Shown here: piece after piece, positions 48,325 through 62,690 of the stretch
Layout of the letters: each line of letters opens with the position of its first letter
How positions within the stretch are numbered: the first letter of the stretch is position 1
DNA from: Owenia fusiformis
Lineage: Eukaryota
Length of the DNA: 64,000 nucleotides
Direction of reading: 5' to 3'
NCBI GenBank assembly: GCA_903813345.2
Contig: CAIIXF020000001.1
Span: 4,216,001-4,280,000 of the forward strand
Made by a program: the position numbers and the translations under genes
Notes under the pieces: model-generated
What the model was told of the DNA's origin: nothing
The model's database searches: none
The model's input: the letters and a program-made list of their open reading frames with translations, nothing else

Positions 48325-51300
48325 CTACCTCCTCCCCATTGCATTTGCAATCCTTTTCCTACTATCAGTCACACTATTGCCCTTCAGCTTCCCAGGACTC
48401 CTAGATTTCTCGCCATCAAATCCAACAGTCTGTACATTGTTCAAGTACTCCCTGGCCATGCTAGAGTTACTGGAACTATTCCCTAGGAAGTCTCTGGGGG
48501 GAGGAGGGTGTGGCTGGGGGGTGACACCCCCCGGTTGGGGATTGGCTATACTCCCAATGCTGTTTTTGTGACCAGCTTCACTACTGGTAGAATTTGACCT
48601 AATAGGTTTCATATTGTCTCTCTGGTTAGGGCTTTGGTAACCACCTGGAAATGAAAGGTAATGAATGTCACAATGGCATAATATTTGTATATTTGAAAAC
48701 CTTGATCTCTCAAACGCACGATGAGATGAAAAAAATTCCAATATTAAAGAAAATCGAGATCATTATGGATAATAATTGAACACATATTGCAGGGTGAACC
48801 AAAAACCCACAAATTTTTTAATAAAGGGTTCGGGTCACCCTGTATAACCACTTAATTAAACACCAAACAAACCTGATGGTCTTTTGAATGAAAGAAGTTG
48901 TTCTTTAGTCTCACTAAGAGTTTCCATGAGTTCAAACCTCTCCTCACATTCTTTCCTTACAGTCTCTTGAAGGAACAGGATCTGGAAGAAACATGTGAAA
49001 TGTAGTACAACAGACAAGCATCGGGATTTAAACAAACATGATTAAAATAAGCATAAAAACTGAAAAGTACAGTAAAACTTGTATGTCTGAACACCTCTCT
49101 AATCCGAACACCTCTCTTATCCAAACACCGCAATGTGGACACTTTTTACAGTATCATTTTAGTTAGGCATATAGACGTCCATATTAAAAACACACACAAA
49201 TCCAAACACTATTCTATCAAATTCTTTACTTACATCCTCCTGTTTAGCTTTGAGATCATTTTCTAAAGCATTTATTTCCTGTCTGAGATCATCTGCTTCA
49301 CTTGCTTTCTCAATAACTTGTACTTTAAGAGCAGACACAAGACCTTCATTGCCAACGTCAAGTTTTGCTAAAAGAAAGGTTTTGACAATGTGTAACTCTC
49401 TTGATGACAAATGAACCATTCTTTTAGAGAACCAACATACTGTATTTTTATAATTAATGTATTGATTATGAAGACAATAAAAACCCTTTAAACCTAAAAC
49501 TAACACAGCAACTTTAAGAATTTAGCCTGTTGATTAAAATACTGATACTTAATTTAAGAAGGGGTAATTAGTAATCTAATCCTAGTTTCCATAATTTTAC
49601 GCAAATTAAGAATTTAAATGAATGCAATGATTATGAATTAATAAAACCTAACCCTCATTAATAGATGATTTCTCATGAATTAATATAACTGAAATAATAT
49701 GTATTGACACCAATGGTACCAGAACAGAAGGTAGAGCTGCCCCGAAGAGAAAATCAACCCCTACTCCACAATCTGTGTGCCAAGGAAAAAGGGGGTTGGA
49801 TTTTCTTTTTGGAGATTTCTATCTGTGTCTGCTTGTGATTAATAAAGTTTACCATTTACCTAGTCTATCCTCTAGATCTTGTATAATGGCTTTCAGGCTG
49901 CTGATTTCTCCCCTCAGCTCCTGCTCTATCTCACTAGTCCTTGCTCTATAATCATTGTTCTCCTTTCTCATGCCTGCTATCTCATTTGAGTGCTGCTTTT
50001 GAAGTAATGCTAGTTGGTTTTGAGTCTAAAAATCACAAAATATGTTGATTCAAAATTGGTCAAGACTGTTTGGATCATACATCGGAACATTAAAAATGTT
50101 AGGATTTGCTGATCTGTTGCCATGGTAACATACATCACTCAAAATCAACAGTTGCAATATTTCTATAAGTGTTCATTACATGAACTCCCAGTTAATTTAA
50201 CCTCAAATTCTTCAGTCTAGTATAGCTATAGAATTAATGCTAAGCTACAAAAATGCTACATGTTCTTTCATTCCCCGATTCATTACTATGGTAAAATGTT
50301 ACAAATCTCCAAAACAAAATGGATCAAAACATACAGACGATCAAGATTTTGCTAAGATCTATTTATAACTTGCTCACATTGCTATTATCATCTCTATGTT
50401 CAGATTTGTATTTATCCAAGAGTTCCTGGTGTTTTTGTTGCTCAATCTGCATCTCCATCACAAAATTTTGCTTCAATTTTTCCTCAAGCATCCTCAGCTC
50501 TTTGTTGTGTTTTCGCTTTTCTTTTGATAGAACTTCCTCAAGCTGGAACCATACATAGTATATAAACTCTCAATTAAAACGAATTTTGGGTTTTCATAAA
50601 AATGGATACTTATTTAATATCATATAAAGGAGAGTCATGATTGATTGCAATCACATGTACCTTTTCAGGCCACCTCTCAGCCTCTGCCATTTTATTCTTG
50701 AAGCTTTGTCGGAGTTCCTCAATTCTGTTTTGATGTATTGAGATCATCTGTTCCCTCTCAGCCTTCATTGATGTAAGTTCTGACTGCACCCGGGACAACG
50801 AATCACGGAGCTGACTTTTTTCAGCTGTAAATTAATGGTGTTTTTAATCAATAAGATTTTAAGTTTTTTATTGTAAAAATGCCTTTGCACAATAAAGTTC
50901 AGAACTCCCATAATGATTACAATGTATTGGTCAATCTTCAATGTACTGCAGACTTCCAAACTCATTCTTCATGTTCTATATAGATTAACAATGTTACACA
51001 TTAGCGCTACATGGAGTTTGCTGGAGTTGTTCAATTGTATACCCACCAAGCTTTCACATTGAAATCTGAATTCAGATGTTGACTGTTATCTTATAAAATA
51101 AACAGTTTTCTTACTTGAGACTTCTGTTGCTTGTCTCTTTATCTCTAATTCAGCCTCCTGTTGTCTTTGAAATTTTCTCTGGAAGGACTCTAACTCATGT
51201 TGGGCACTTTGTATCTCAGATTCCTTGCTCTTCAACTCAAGCTGAAGTCTAGAAAATGTGAAATGAATATCTATACATTTATCTCTTTTTAAAGTTTAGC

Positions 51301-54300
51301 ATTTTGGACCTTTTAAACAGAATATAAATGTCACTGAAATTCCTGCATTAAAGCATGTGGTCACTTTGCCACCCTCTTTCAATTCTATAACCTTCAAATA
51401 CATGTTGAAATCTGGCTCACCCTGTATTTAAACAAAAGCAATTATAAGTGTTTTAAAATCTCAGATCATCTTTATATGAGTCACATAAATAAAGTCAATT
51501 ACCATAATTATCATAATCATGTATATAATATTTCAAGACACTGAATGTACTTACTTTTGTATCTGTTGTAAATTGTGTTGTTCTGTATTTCTGATATTAG
51601 ACTGCACATCTTCAAGTTCTTTGCTTTTGTTTCTGAGGAAAAATAACAGTTATTAGGTGAATGTATGTTATGTAAAGATTGTATTTATCTCGAATGTCAT
51701 CCTAAAATATAGTTAAGCTGGAGTAAGATAGGATACCGTTCACCTAAACTGCTTTCATTGATCTCTGATTATGATAAACAAACCATTGAATGTTACACTG
51801 TATTTACCTGAGTTGTTCTTTATATTGCTGGGACTCAATGGAAATCATTCTACTCCTTGATACAGCACCATCCAACTCTATCTGTAACTCTGTAATAGCA
51901 AGTGAACATACTGCATATAGCGAGTGAACAGCAAATGCACATAGCAAGTGAACAGCATATGAACAAACTGCATATAGCAAGTGAACATACTGCACATAGC
52001 AAGTGAACATACTGCACATAACAAGTGAACATACTGCACATAGCAAGTGAACATACTGCACATAGCGAGTGAACAGCAAATGCACATAGCAAGTGAACAG
52101 CATATGAACAAACTCCACATAGCAAGTGAACAACAAGACCATATTGCACATAGCAAATGAACAGCAAGTGAACATACTGCACATAACAAGTGACCAGCAA
52201 GGGAACATACTACACATAACAAGGGAACAGCAAGGGAACATACTGCAAATACAGGTACAGTAGTTTGCACTTGGTCCCAGTCTTTAGTAGAATATATAAA
52301 GTTGTTGCCACGGAGCATCAGAATAGGAGAGCAAAAAGTACATTTGAATTCCATACAGATATCAAAAAGAGTGGGTTTTATTCCAGTGCACCCCAAGAGA
52401 GGGAATCTACATCAATAAAGGTATGAGGCCTGTGAAATGTGATGTTATGTGAAGGTATGGTGCCTGTGAATGTAAAGCGTACGGGGTCCAAAATTGAGAT
52501 TTTAGGGTGTTTAAGCTTGCAATGTTTTCCACAACCTAAACGCGAAAGAAAAATATTTAAGCGATGCATTTGTATGGGCGACTGGTCATACGTGTAGGTT
52601 GGCGTTTCGATTATTTATGCAAGCTTAAACTCCCTATTAACAATTCAAAGACCTCGGACAGACCCTCCAAGATAAAAAGTCATCAAAATGAAAATAATGA
52701 AATATTTCTAAAGCAGATCAGAATGTACTAACACTTACCTTTGACTTTTGATTGCAAGGAAGAACATTTTTGTTGTAAATTCTGTGTTTCTTTTTCAGCT
52801 TCATTAAGTTTCTCATTAGTCTTTTGGGCAGCTTTCAGTTCAAGATTTGTGAACTCATCTTTGTCTTTGAGAGCAATGTTTTCATTTTCAAGCTGCACCA
52901 TTTTCTCATGCATTGTTGTCAGATCTGAAAGGTATTTCAGATATAATGGTAGAAAACAAGAAATATTGGCAATAAATAATTTGGAACTTTTGTGGTGATT
53001 GACATTTGAAAACTGATTTACAATTTACTTCTTATATGTATACACAATGGTAATAAATGGTATCTCTCTTTAAGTAAAATGCACTTAAGTCACCATGATC
53101 ATGCAATTGCAAGTTTATTAAATGTAGGTTTTAATTCTCACCATTTAATTCTTTATTGCAGGTTTCTTTAATGACTGTGTGTAGTTTATCTGTCTCTTGT
53201 TTGAAGACCTTGTCTCTCTCATGTACATTTGTTTGTATGATTGTCAACTCTGATCTCTGTTGTCTTATACTGTGCAGAAGTCCTGGCAAGTTTCGCCTTA
53301 TTGATTGCATACTTGACCTGGAAAGTGTGTTTATTGCTTGATGAGATCTAAGTTCACATATAGACTCTGTCAAGGGGAAGAAAATTGCAACAAGAAATTA
53401 TCTAAAACGATGTGTTCTACACCATCTAAATAATTTCTACAATTGAATGGTTCAGTTGTTGACAACGGACAAGATGAGGAATGATATAACACGAGATTCT
53501 GAAATTAAGTGACATGTTCCAAATTCAAGAATATTACTATGGTAAATCCTTATTAGAAGATAATCAAATAAATGTACTATTAACAGTACAGCACTATGGA
53601 TTGGTCATACAATGAATTATGTACTATACCTAGATGTCTCAGCATCTTGTATAGCAGTTGATAATTTCTCCTCTAGTGTCTTTCTATTCTCTGCCAAGGC
53701 TTCAATCTTTTCCCCTCTCTCCTTTAACAATTGTTCTAACTTCTCAATCCTAGATAACATGTAAAAAATGCATTCAAGAAAGTGTTTTGTCTTGCATCAT
53801 TTTGTCTTGTCTCTGGTCAGTGTGGACAGGACTTGGCTCAAGACTAATTCTATCCTTAGTTTGTCATTGACCTGTAGTTTTAATCAATTTTAATCCTTTA
53901 TAATGAATGTACTTAATAATTATCCTGGCAAATTGTTTTGAAATGTAAATGCCAGGCAAATTAGGAATCTTACTATATTTAGAAATAAAAAATGTAAAAC
54001 AGTTTTTATTACTGTAGCTACTAAATAAATGCTCACTGTGAGTTTCTTTCATTGATTTGTGTGTTGAGTCCATCGAACTTTGATTGCACTTTTTCTAATT
54101 CCAGTCTGGCTTCCTTTTCTTTTTGCTCGCAGTCTCTGCAATTAAAGCAAAATATATTTTTATTTGATTCATAATTCGTTATCATGTAATCCTTGATTCA
54201 TTCAGAGTGTATATTGCTATAACATTGAACTAAATAAATGGCAACAACAAAGCATAGAAAATCTCATCAAACATCGTTTCTCAAATGGTGCACATAGAGC

Positions 54301-54759
54301 AAACTTTGATGGAATATAAAAATAATTAATTACTCAAATAGTTTTTATGCACACCATTATAGATCACTTATATTCAGTCACATGTTTAATCAAAGGTAAT
54401 ATAGAACACAAATTACCAAATGTTATTTGAGGCCAAATTGTGTCATTATTAGCAGTTGGTATAAGCATGACATTTACGTTGTTTCTAAAGAAGCAAGATA
54501 AACAGCCAAGGTTTTACCAATTTATTATATTCATCAAGAGCATATGAAATACATTACAATACAGAACTTACATATAAAGCTGGAGTTGTTTCTCAGTGGC
54601 TTTCAGTTTATCTTCCAGGGCTTTTATCTCTCTATGTATCAGGTAGCTTACTCCACAAAATTTACAGACAGTATCATCTTTACCCATTTTACGTATCTCC
54701 TCTGGAAGGGGATGCTTTGGGGTATGATGCTCAAATTCAACATTGTCTTCTGCCTCCAT
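48325..54759 (-). CDS. LEKR1: LEKR1-like coiled-coil protein, about 706 aa, 14 coding exons
   Basis: Exons 54759-54572, 54135-54037, 53749-53630, 53317-53142, 52924-52739, 51889-51808, 51632-51555, 51248-51115, 50824-50661, 50542-50378, 50025-49860, 49367-49234, 48981-48873 and 48644-48325 (2121 nt, phases consistent). N-terminal HHTPKHPLPEEIRKM...VCKFCGVSYLIHREIKALEDK and C-terminal LQETVRKECEERFEL match LEKR1 motifs as I recall them. Confidence 0.88.
51896..52250. repeat. Intronic minisatellite, unit ~22 bp with variants
   Basis: TAGCAAGTGAACATACTGCACA repeated; accounts for three overlapping Cys-rich ORFs. Confidence 0.9.
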
Positions 54760-54920
54760 TGTGCTACAGGTTTAAGGATCTATTCTATCCTAGAATACGA
54801 ATAGCAAGTGTTGATATAATTTGATGAATGGTTATCTTGATTTAAAGGGTAGCAAACAATTGAGTCAAGTTGTAATTTTCAATTAGGATTTTCTTTTCTC
54901 AGGAATGTGTCAAAACCTTA

Positions 54921-55648
54921 TTATCCCAACGAACGAAGTCCGTCCATCTGTCCGGAAGATAACTCAAATACTAGTAGACGGATTTTCTTCATATTTAGTG
55001 GAAAGATGTATATTGCCATAATATTGGTGAATAGTTTACGCAAAAATTTTTTTTCAATATGGCCGCCACTTTAAAAATGACGGGACTTTTTCGCAAAAAT
55101 CATAAACTTTTCATTCTAAACCAAAGTAATTAATATTATTGTTTGAAATTTTGGTAGTATATTCACAACATTTATCTATTTCACATATATTCCGTGTTTT
55201 TCATCCTGACCCCCAGGGGCCGTGTATGGTGGGACAGGAAAACAGAAATTTCGCTAATTTTTAGATCTTTCTGAAGTATAGCTTTATTATACTCAAATGA
55301 AAGGCAATTAAGAGTAGATTGCAAATATTGTATCTTTTTTCTGATTCGAGCCTCGTAAAATTCAAAATGGCCGTCTAATGTACGATTTCGCAATAATTTT
55401 TCGATCCCTTCAAAGTATGGCTTTATTATACTCAAATTGAAGGAATTTTGGAGTAGATCACAATTATGGTATTATTTTTCAGATTTGTATCTCAGAAAAT
55501 TCAAAATGGCTGCTTTGCAGGAATTCGCAATTCTAAATTCTAATTTTTTCAATTTAAACCAAAGTAATGAGTATAATTGATTGGAATTCGGTAATTGATA
55601 TTTTGTTCGTTGGGATTTGCTACTCCGCGGAGTTGCCGTTATCTAGTT
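54921..55648 (+). mobile_element. Helentron-associated element, copy 2 (microsatellite shortened)
   Basis: Colinear with 40575-41355, same termini. Confidence 0.85.
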
Positions 55649-56887
55649 TTTAAAAAAAACTGTCCTGGTGTATACTATACTAGTATCCTCTTAATTTTGT
55701 TGGAATGTTTAAAATTCTGTCTGTTGGATATACATGTAGACTCTAGTGTATACTATAACCTACATGTATGTAAAGACCCCATAAGAAATGACATATGACT
55801 AGAAACTCCATAGACCTACACTTAGTAGATCGAGTCTAGATTGCAATATTAGATCAGAGACACATATAGATGGCTCTGAATAGATATGATCTGAAAATAA
55901 TACTAAGAGTTAGCCAAACCTTTCGTTAGATTTTTCTAATCATGTCTCATGTATGGCAGTCTTCCTGGGATTGATTGGCCTGTTTGCTGTCATGAGTTGT
56001 GGATCATTCATTCAATAGTTCATTCAAACTCGTTGGAAATCGAACAATCTTGACTGTCACTTTGAGCCTCAGATTCTGAGTCTCAGTTTCAGAGTTTGAC
56101 TGTCATTTGTGAGTTGAATTTTTGAATTTTACAAACCTAGATACTGTAGTGAAAGATCTTTAAACCTGGTCCTTACTACACGTTTAAAATATGTCTGCAA
56201 CTACTAACATTTCGTTAATTTATTACTTTAACCACAAGGTCTGATAAAACACACCGTAAATGTCGAATATCTTTCTGAAAAAATATTTTGAAATATTTGC
56301 AACCAATGTAAACATCCGGGTCTTTCAAAACTTACTTGGCAATGTATGAGTTGGTATAAGGCTGGTATGATATGTTTTAGTTTGCAAGAGTGAAACGTTA
56401 AGATAGAAATACATTGACACATTAAGGGTTCTATATTGCTGTTCCTATCATGCTAACGAGTAGTATTCATAGGAAATTATTCACGAATTATGCACTACCA
56501 TTTTGTACGAAAAATATGGGTCAAACTTTCCCAAGGTGCATTTCGGCCAAGTCAAAACATTAGAAGTCGAGTTGAAAGCTTTATCTACATCGATCATCAA
56601 AATGAGACCTCCGTAGATCATTAAACCATCTAAAATTTGGTAATGATGTAGATACAACGCTTCTTTATGACTTGGATGCTCCAAAATATAGAAGTAAGGC
56701 TATGATTTTATGTATATCAAAAGTTGAAATTGGTACAGAAATACACATTGAAATGCTGCAGGAAGTTCTAAAAATAAATCTGATGTGAGTGGGTAATTGA
56801 AACTAGATAATTCCAGCTCAGTAAAATGGGAAGTCATAGGAAAAACTACTTAGAAAATAATTGAAACTCAGCAAATCAAAAGGTAAC

Positions 56888-57217
56888 ATGCTTAAAAAAG
56901 TACGGTCAAGCACAACGTCTATTATTCCGACAAGCAAATCTACACCAGCCTTAGATAATCTAAATAAATCAAAGCTCAATGGAGAGAATGAGCTTTCAGT
57001 GGATATATCATCAAATATGGGAAAAGGACAAAACTATGAAATTGAACGGGGTTCACAGGATGATAACATGAACTGTTTACCACCCAGTCCATCTTCATTG
57101 AGTAGAAGAAGGATATCGTCATGCCAGGCTCTCAAGAGTGCTGTTGCCACATTGTATCGCATGGATGATTTTACGACTGAAGAACTTGGTTCAGGATTTT
57201 TTTCGGAAGTGTTTAAG
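56888..57217 (+). CDS. TESK: First coding exon of a TESK-family (TESK1/2, Drosophila cdi-like) kinase; remainder not found in the window
   Basis: ATG at 56888 to donor AAG/GTAAGT at 57217. Ends [34 protein letters not shown], the TESK-type pre-kinase segment and Gly loop. The start codon choice is tentative. Confidence 0.85.
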
Positions 57218-60200
57218 GTAAGTCATTTACCATTAGGACTTGTGTGTTTGTGCAACATGAATTTGTAACTTAGATTTTGTAGCATTTCAGTCATATGCTG
57301 ATATCTCATTTGACAATTATCTATAAAATTTCTTTCTTTACAACCTGAAATACTAGAATCTTCATTTCATAAAGTTACATTTTTAGTTGTTTTTGAGCCC
57401 CCTACCTTATTTTTTCTATGACGATAAGGCACTTTATTATCATGATAATAAAGACACTTGCTCAAGACAAAAATGACTGTTATTTGAATTCATATGATGC
57501 AAGCATGATTTTAAAGAGTATTTTCCGATGAGAATATCTGAAAATTAATATCCTGAACCTTTCGATAAGTAGTGATGAAATCACTCAAGATAAGATAACA
57601 ATGTTTTAATTAGATATCATTGGAGATTCTAAGACTTTCTTTATAAGTCTGAGTCATATAAGCTTCAAGAGTGATAAATTGATAAAGTTGGTCAGAACTG
57701 CCCAACCCATAAAATATCTCAAGGGCCCTCAAAATTTAAGCCTAAATGAGATTGGAGAACTTGCTCATAGTTCTAGCATAGATTTAGTTTCTTTATTCTT
57801 CTATCTACAGTCTATGTATGTTGAACACAAGGTCTAATTAGAGAATTATTCCATTGAATGACTGTTAAATCTTGGATAATCGAAGTTCCCAAACTTATTT
57901 GCTGTCATGTTAATTAGCTTCAATGTAGTTAGGAGATATGTATGGAAGATAATACAGGGATTCCACAGTTCATATTACATTAATTTCCTAAAATTAGATT
58001 TGCACCTACATTTGTCAGGAATTGCAGTTTATAATGCAATCATATCACCAGCAGCAGATTGCTGGTGATAATTACACTGAATGTAGACGAATATGATTGT
58101 GAAAATTAGCTGTGTAACTGTATATTACTAAATGTATGGTCAGATTTTATGATACAATTCTTGAACAGATCAGAATCATATTTTTTATAGTTTCAAATAT
58201 ACATTTAGTATAAATATAGATTGTGTCATATGAATCTTATAAACCCCCCTCTCCCAATGATCTAAACAAATTCATATATTAAAATACAGTTTTGAATCCA
58301 TAAAATCCAGTTGAAAATTGGTAGGAAAATCACCACAATGCTTATGGTTGACACCGCAATTATTTTTAATGACATTATATATAATGAGAATTTTCAGTTT
58401 TGTACTCAGGGAAAATCTCTGAAAACCCCCCAAAAATTTAGTGCAAATTCTGACTAACTTGTACCTACATAACTTCCGAGATAATTAGTCAACAACAAAG
58501 CTTACAAAATATCGGAAATATCTGGAAATTCAAGTCCATTTATCAAACAGTGTTTTCTCTGACATACCAGGCTAACTATCTAAGATGGTCTGACTTTAGA
58601 TTATGCTTTTGAGGTTGATAAATATTTGTTTGTGGTTGATTGATAGTTGTTTGTTGTAGATTGGAGGCGAGGCACACACTTGTGGTAAGGTACCAAACAC
58701 GTCATTCTGGGTTAAGTTTCATTAAAAATTTCCCTCTTTAGTCAATGTGGTTACTAGGAAAAGGGTATTTTTGAACTAGACAGGAATCACATTTTTGAGG
58801 GTAAAGGTCTCGGATCATCTTCTCTGCATATTTTTTTTATTTATATGTAGGAATCTCCTTACATGGTCTTGATAACTGAGAATGCAGTCAAGTTTTGTTG
58901 GTAGAAGTAGGTTCATTAATGTACATAGCGAAAATGCTTGTGACAATAATGAAAGAGATAGGGACCACGATGTTGAACCTTTTATAATTCATTAACTTTT
59001 CAGCTACCATTACAACATGTATAATATGTTATGTCTATGATATGTCCTCCTGGCTCACTTCCCCACAGCTGACCACATGTTACCTCTTAGAACATGTTCT
59101 TTACCTGCGGACCTTACAAAACAAGTGCTATTCTTCATAAAACAATTGCAGTCTTCACTATGTATTTTATTTATTTTCTTTCTCAATATGTTCAAATAAA
59201 AATCATTAAGTTACTTTCTGGATTCAATCTCGTGAGATTTTTCTTGCTTTTCTAGGGATATTCTTTATCTTTATTGGGATTCAGATGTCTTGAGAAATAA
59301 TGATCAATACTAATTAGTGTGAAGTCTAGACCTTGGAATCTACTATACTCATACACATAGTAGACCTTTCTAACTAGATTCATTGAGTTGATATGAAATA
59401 TTATAAATGAAGGAGCTTCATATATAATATGAAAAATACATGTTAAATTCACATGTGGGGATCATAATACAAGCTCTGTTTTTGTAATGTTTTGTAAAAT
59501 TGATTAAAGTTCTATTAAACATTGTGATACATCTGTAATTTCTTAAAGAATACAGCATTAGGATGTTGCTGTATCAGCTTAGTTCACTAATCTCCATGTA
59601 GGGGGCCTGTAAAACGAATTATAGGAAATCTATATGATGGAACTTCGAATAAACCTACAAGTAGAACCAATCGCATAGACTGACTTACATGTGAAAGGAC
59701 CCTCTTTGCAAGTAACACCTTTCCACAATGAACAATTTTTGGCAGTACAGATTGTGCTCCATATCAGTTAATATAGTAATATGGTTTAAGTAAGAGTTAG
59801 AACTGACCCATTCTATAACACACATTCCTCTCCTTCCCTTGATTACAGTCACTTAGTGCACCCCATCCTATAATCAATATACCTGGAGTCGGATAAAGTA
59901 GGTGATTATTTTGAGTCTGAGTCCTTCATTGCATCTAATGTCCTATTCCCTTCATCATGTTATATATAAGTATGGCAAGGGCACAATAACTATAGACGAA
60001 GACTGTTATCGAGCAAAATTAATTGTTACTCTTTTGTCGTTATTTTGGTAAAAAACTCTAGGTATATAATGCTGATGTATTAGTAAAATTACAACTTCTA
60101 TTATTGGAAATGGGCATTCTAAATATCATTCATTGATTCGAAAGAAAGTACATTACTTGCATATAGTCATATACTATGAAGGTTTCATATGAGCAGTGGT

Positions 60201-61352
60201 ATCTAAATCTTATTACAATATGTTTGCAGATATTTACATAGTTTTGCATGTTAAATGACCACGTTTTTCACACATTCAGCATAACATGAATTTCTATAGC
60301 AGCTATCCTATTCATATGAGGTGTGGTAGTGATTTGTTGAAACATTAATTAAAATGTTGCTCAAATGAGTACATCATGCTTGATGACCATGGGAAAGTGA
60401 CAATTTTATCGGAAATAAAAACTAATATGGTAATGTCATTGTTTTTATGGATGTCTCATGTGTCATATATGTGTTTCAATTAAGCCTTTAAATCATCTCT
60501 ATCCAATTTCTTTGTATTATTATAGTGAATCATTGCAAATGCACTGATAGGCACTCTCAGTTCAGTCAACTGTAAAAGAATGCAGAATAAATGGCGTATA
60601 ATCATTAGGTATGGTACATATAGTGCCTGGCATAAACTAGTTTTTTTTACATGCCACTTGCCTATAAATTGTAATAAAACTGATATATTTTTGTAATTGT
60701 ACAGTTTATCAACCATTTAATATTGGATTAATGGCTAATCTACTTTTTAATATATCTCCAGGCTATTCATCAACATTATAATCTCAAAGTGTGACGTTCA
60801 GTTTAAAGTTTAATGGACATCATTCAGGTTTATATCTGCATGATCTTTTTTTCTAAGAGAGCTCAATATATTATTATGAAGGACTGTTGTTTTTAGTATT
60901 CAGGTATTATTGCACTACGAGGCCTGTTGTTAGGAAAAAAAGATAGATGCGTGAGGGTTATAAGGGGATGCTAATGCAATTTAATGCCTCAAGCTCAAAA
61001 TAGAAGGAAATCATATGTTTTATCTGTGTTTTAAAAGCTATTATGCTATTTTAATCAATTCGCTCTGTTGCAATTGGAAATAGCAAAACGCACCCAGAAT
61101 ACCCTCTGTGGTTGTTATTCCTAAGAATCATTTTCTGTGGGTAGCTTATGTATAATATATAAAACTAAAACAAATGCATCATTCAAGTTATTAGGTGCAA
61201 TAATCTATATTTACCAGCTGACTTATTAGGTGCGGGTTATCCATAATAGAAGTGAATTGGAGCATACTACCAGTATAGATTTGTTTTTCAAAAGTATTAG
61301 GAAGTTAATTTTATGGCTGAATGTTTTCAGTAGCTTTGGTGTATATATAGAG

Positions 61353-62353
61353 ATTATCCTATATGAGGTTCAGGATATTGGGATTATCCTGAGGCCAATA
61401 TAATATATCTGCCCGATCACATTGTTCAATTGTTGCAACCAATCGTCACTGGCATGTAGCGATTATAGCGGTCCTGTCTTGGCTTATTGAATTGTTACGA
61501 AGTTACGTATGCGGTGCGGAAGTTAGAGAGCAAATGACTATCATTTCAATGTAATAGTTTATGCAGGAAAATTGAGATTAGGCCATTGGAGTATTTGTTT
61601 CATGCATTTGTAAAACATTACCCACTCATAGGTCATACTTATCGTTAAACCAATAACTCAAATATATGCCCTTGTACACCGATCACCTGTTGAAATTAAT
61701 ACAGGCCGATTTCAACAAATGTAAAGGGCGATATATTTAAAATCGTATTCAAGCATGACCACGTCCCAACTTCTTTTGTTTTCTTTACAACTAAGCTATG
61801 ACTGCAGTCTATTCAGTGTTGCGTATCGAACCTTGTTTATTATAAAAATAGTGCAACAACAAGCAGAATTCACACATTTACCTTATACTTATTCTCAACT
61901 GAAGACATTGAATTTATCTCTTAGGTTTTACATTATAAATATCTTAACATGCAGAATACGAAAATAGAGGCTTAGGCCCAACTTTGTATGAATTTTATGA
62001 GAATAATCTGATTTTAGAGAAATGAAAAGAAAAATGTCCACACCCTACACAAAATATTTATGGTTCCCCGGGAATACGTATGTGCTGCTTGTATATTAGA
62101 ATCGTATTCCAGTTACAGAAAGAAGTACATATCATGCTAAACTATATACAACAGTTATGCACTTGGAGGTTTTGGATACAGGGAATATCCCGAGGGATAT
62201 ATAATTCATCTTCCCTTGGTCCCTTCGGTCCCTCGGGAAGATATATTGTATATCCCTCGGGATATTCCCTGTATTCAAAACCTCCAATTGCATAACCCCT
62301 ATATATTGGCCAAGGGATAATCCCAATATCCTGAACCGCGACTATAGGATAAT
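61353..62353. mobile_element. 1-kb inverted-repeat element with a subterminal hairpin (possibly Crypton-derived)
   Basis: ATTATCCTAT...GGTTCAGGATATTGGGATTATCC..GGCCAATATA pairs with TATATTGGCCAAGGGATAATCCCAATATCCTGAACC...ATAGGATAAT; internal hairpin at 62165-62285 centred on CCTTCGG. Confidence 0.7.
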
Positions 62354-62690
62354 ATGTTTATCCCATACCAATCTTGGTCATCTGGTTCACATTGTTAAAT
62401 CGTGGAAACATTTTAGAATATTCATGTCCAGTTTTGTTTTCTTGGCCGTGGGCGGATTTTCATGTTCTCTCAAATATTCCCATATTTATTTTCTCGAATT
62501 TTTATTGATTAAGTGGATGCTCTTTCCCCTTTTTTAACTATCAAACAGACCCTGATTGTCTGTGTTTTCTCCATTGCCGTTTACAGTCATTCCGCGAACG
62601 TTACAAATTATGAACAAACATGCAAGCGGCGATTATGACGTAGCGGGCAGATATACTATATCTGCCCGCTTGGAGCGGGACGTAAAGCTT

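Noticed and set aside
51804-52396. Three overlapping Cys-rich ORFs (116-172 aa)
   Set aside because: Translations of the minisatellite; only 51808-51889 is a real exon.
57218-61350. Further TESK exons or a nested gene
   Set aside because: No kinase subdomain II-XI motifs found by eye; treated as intron.
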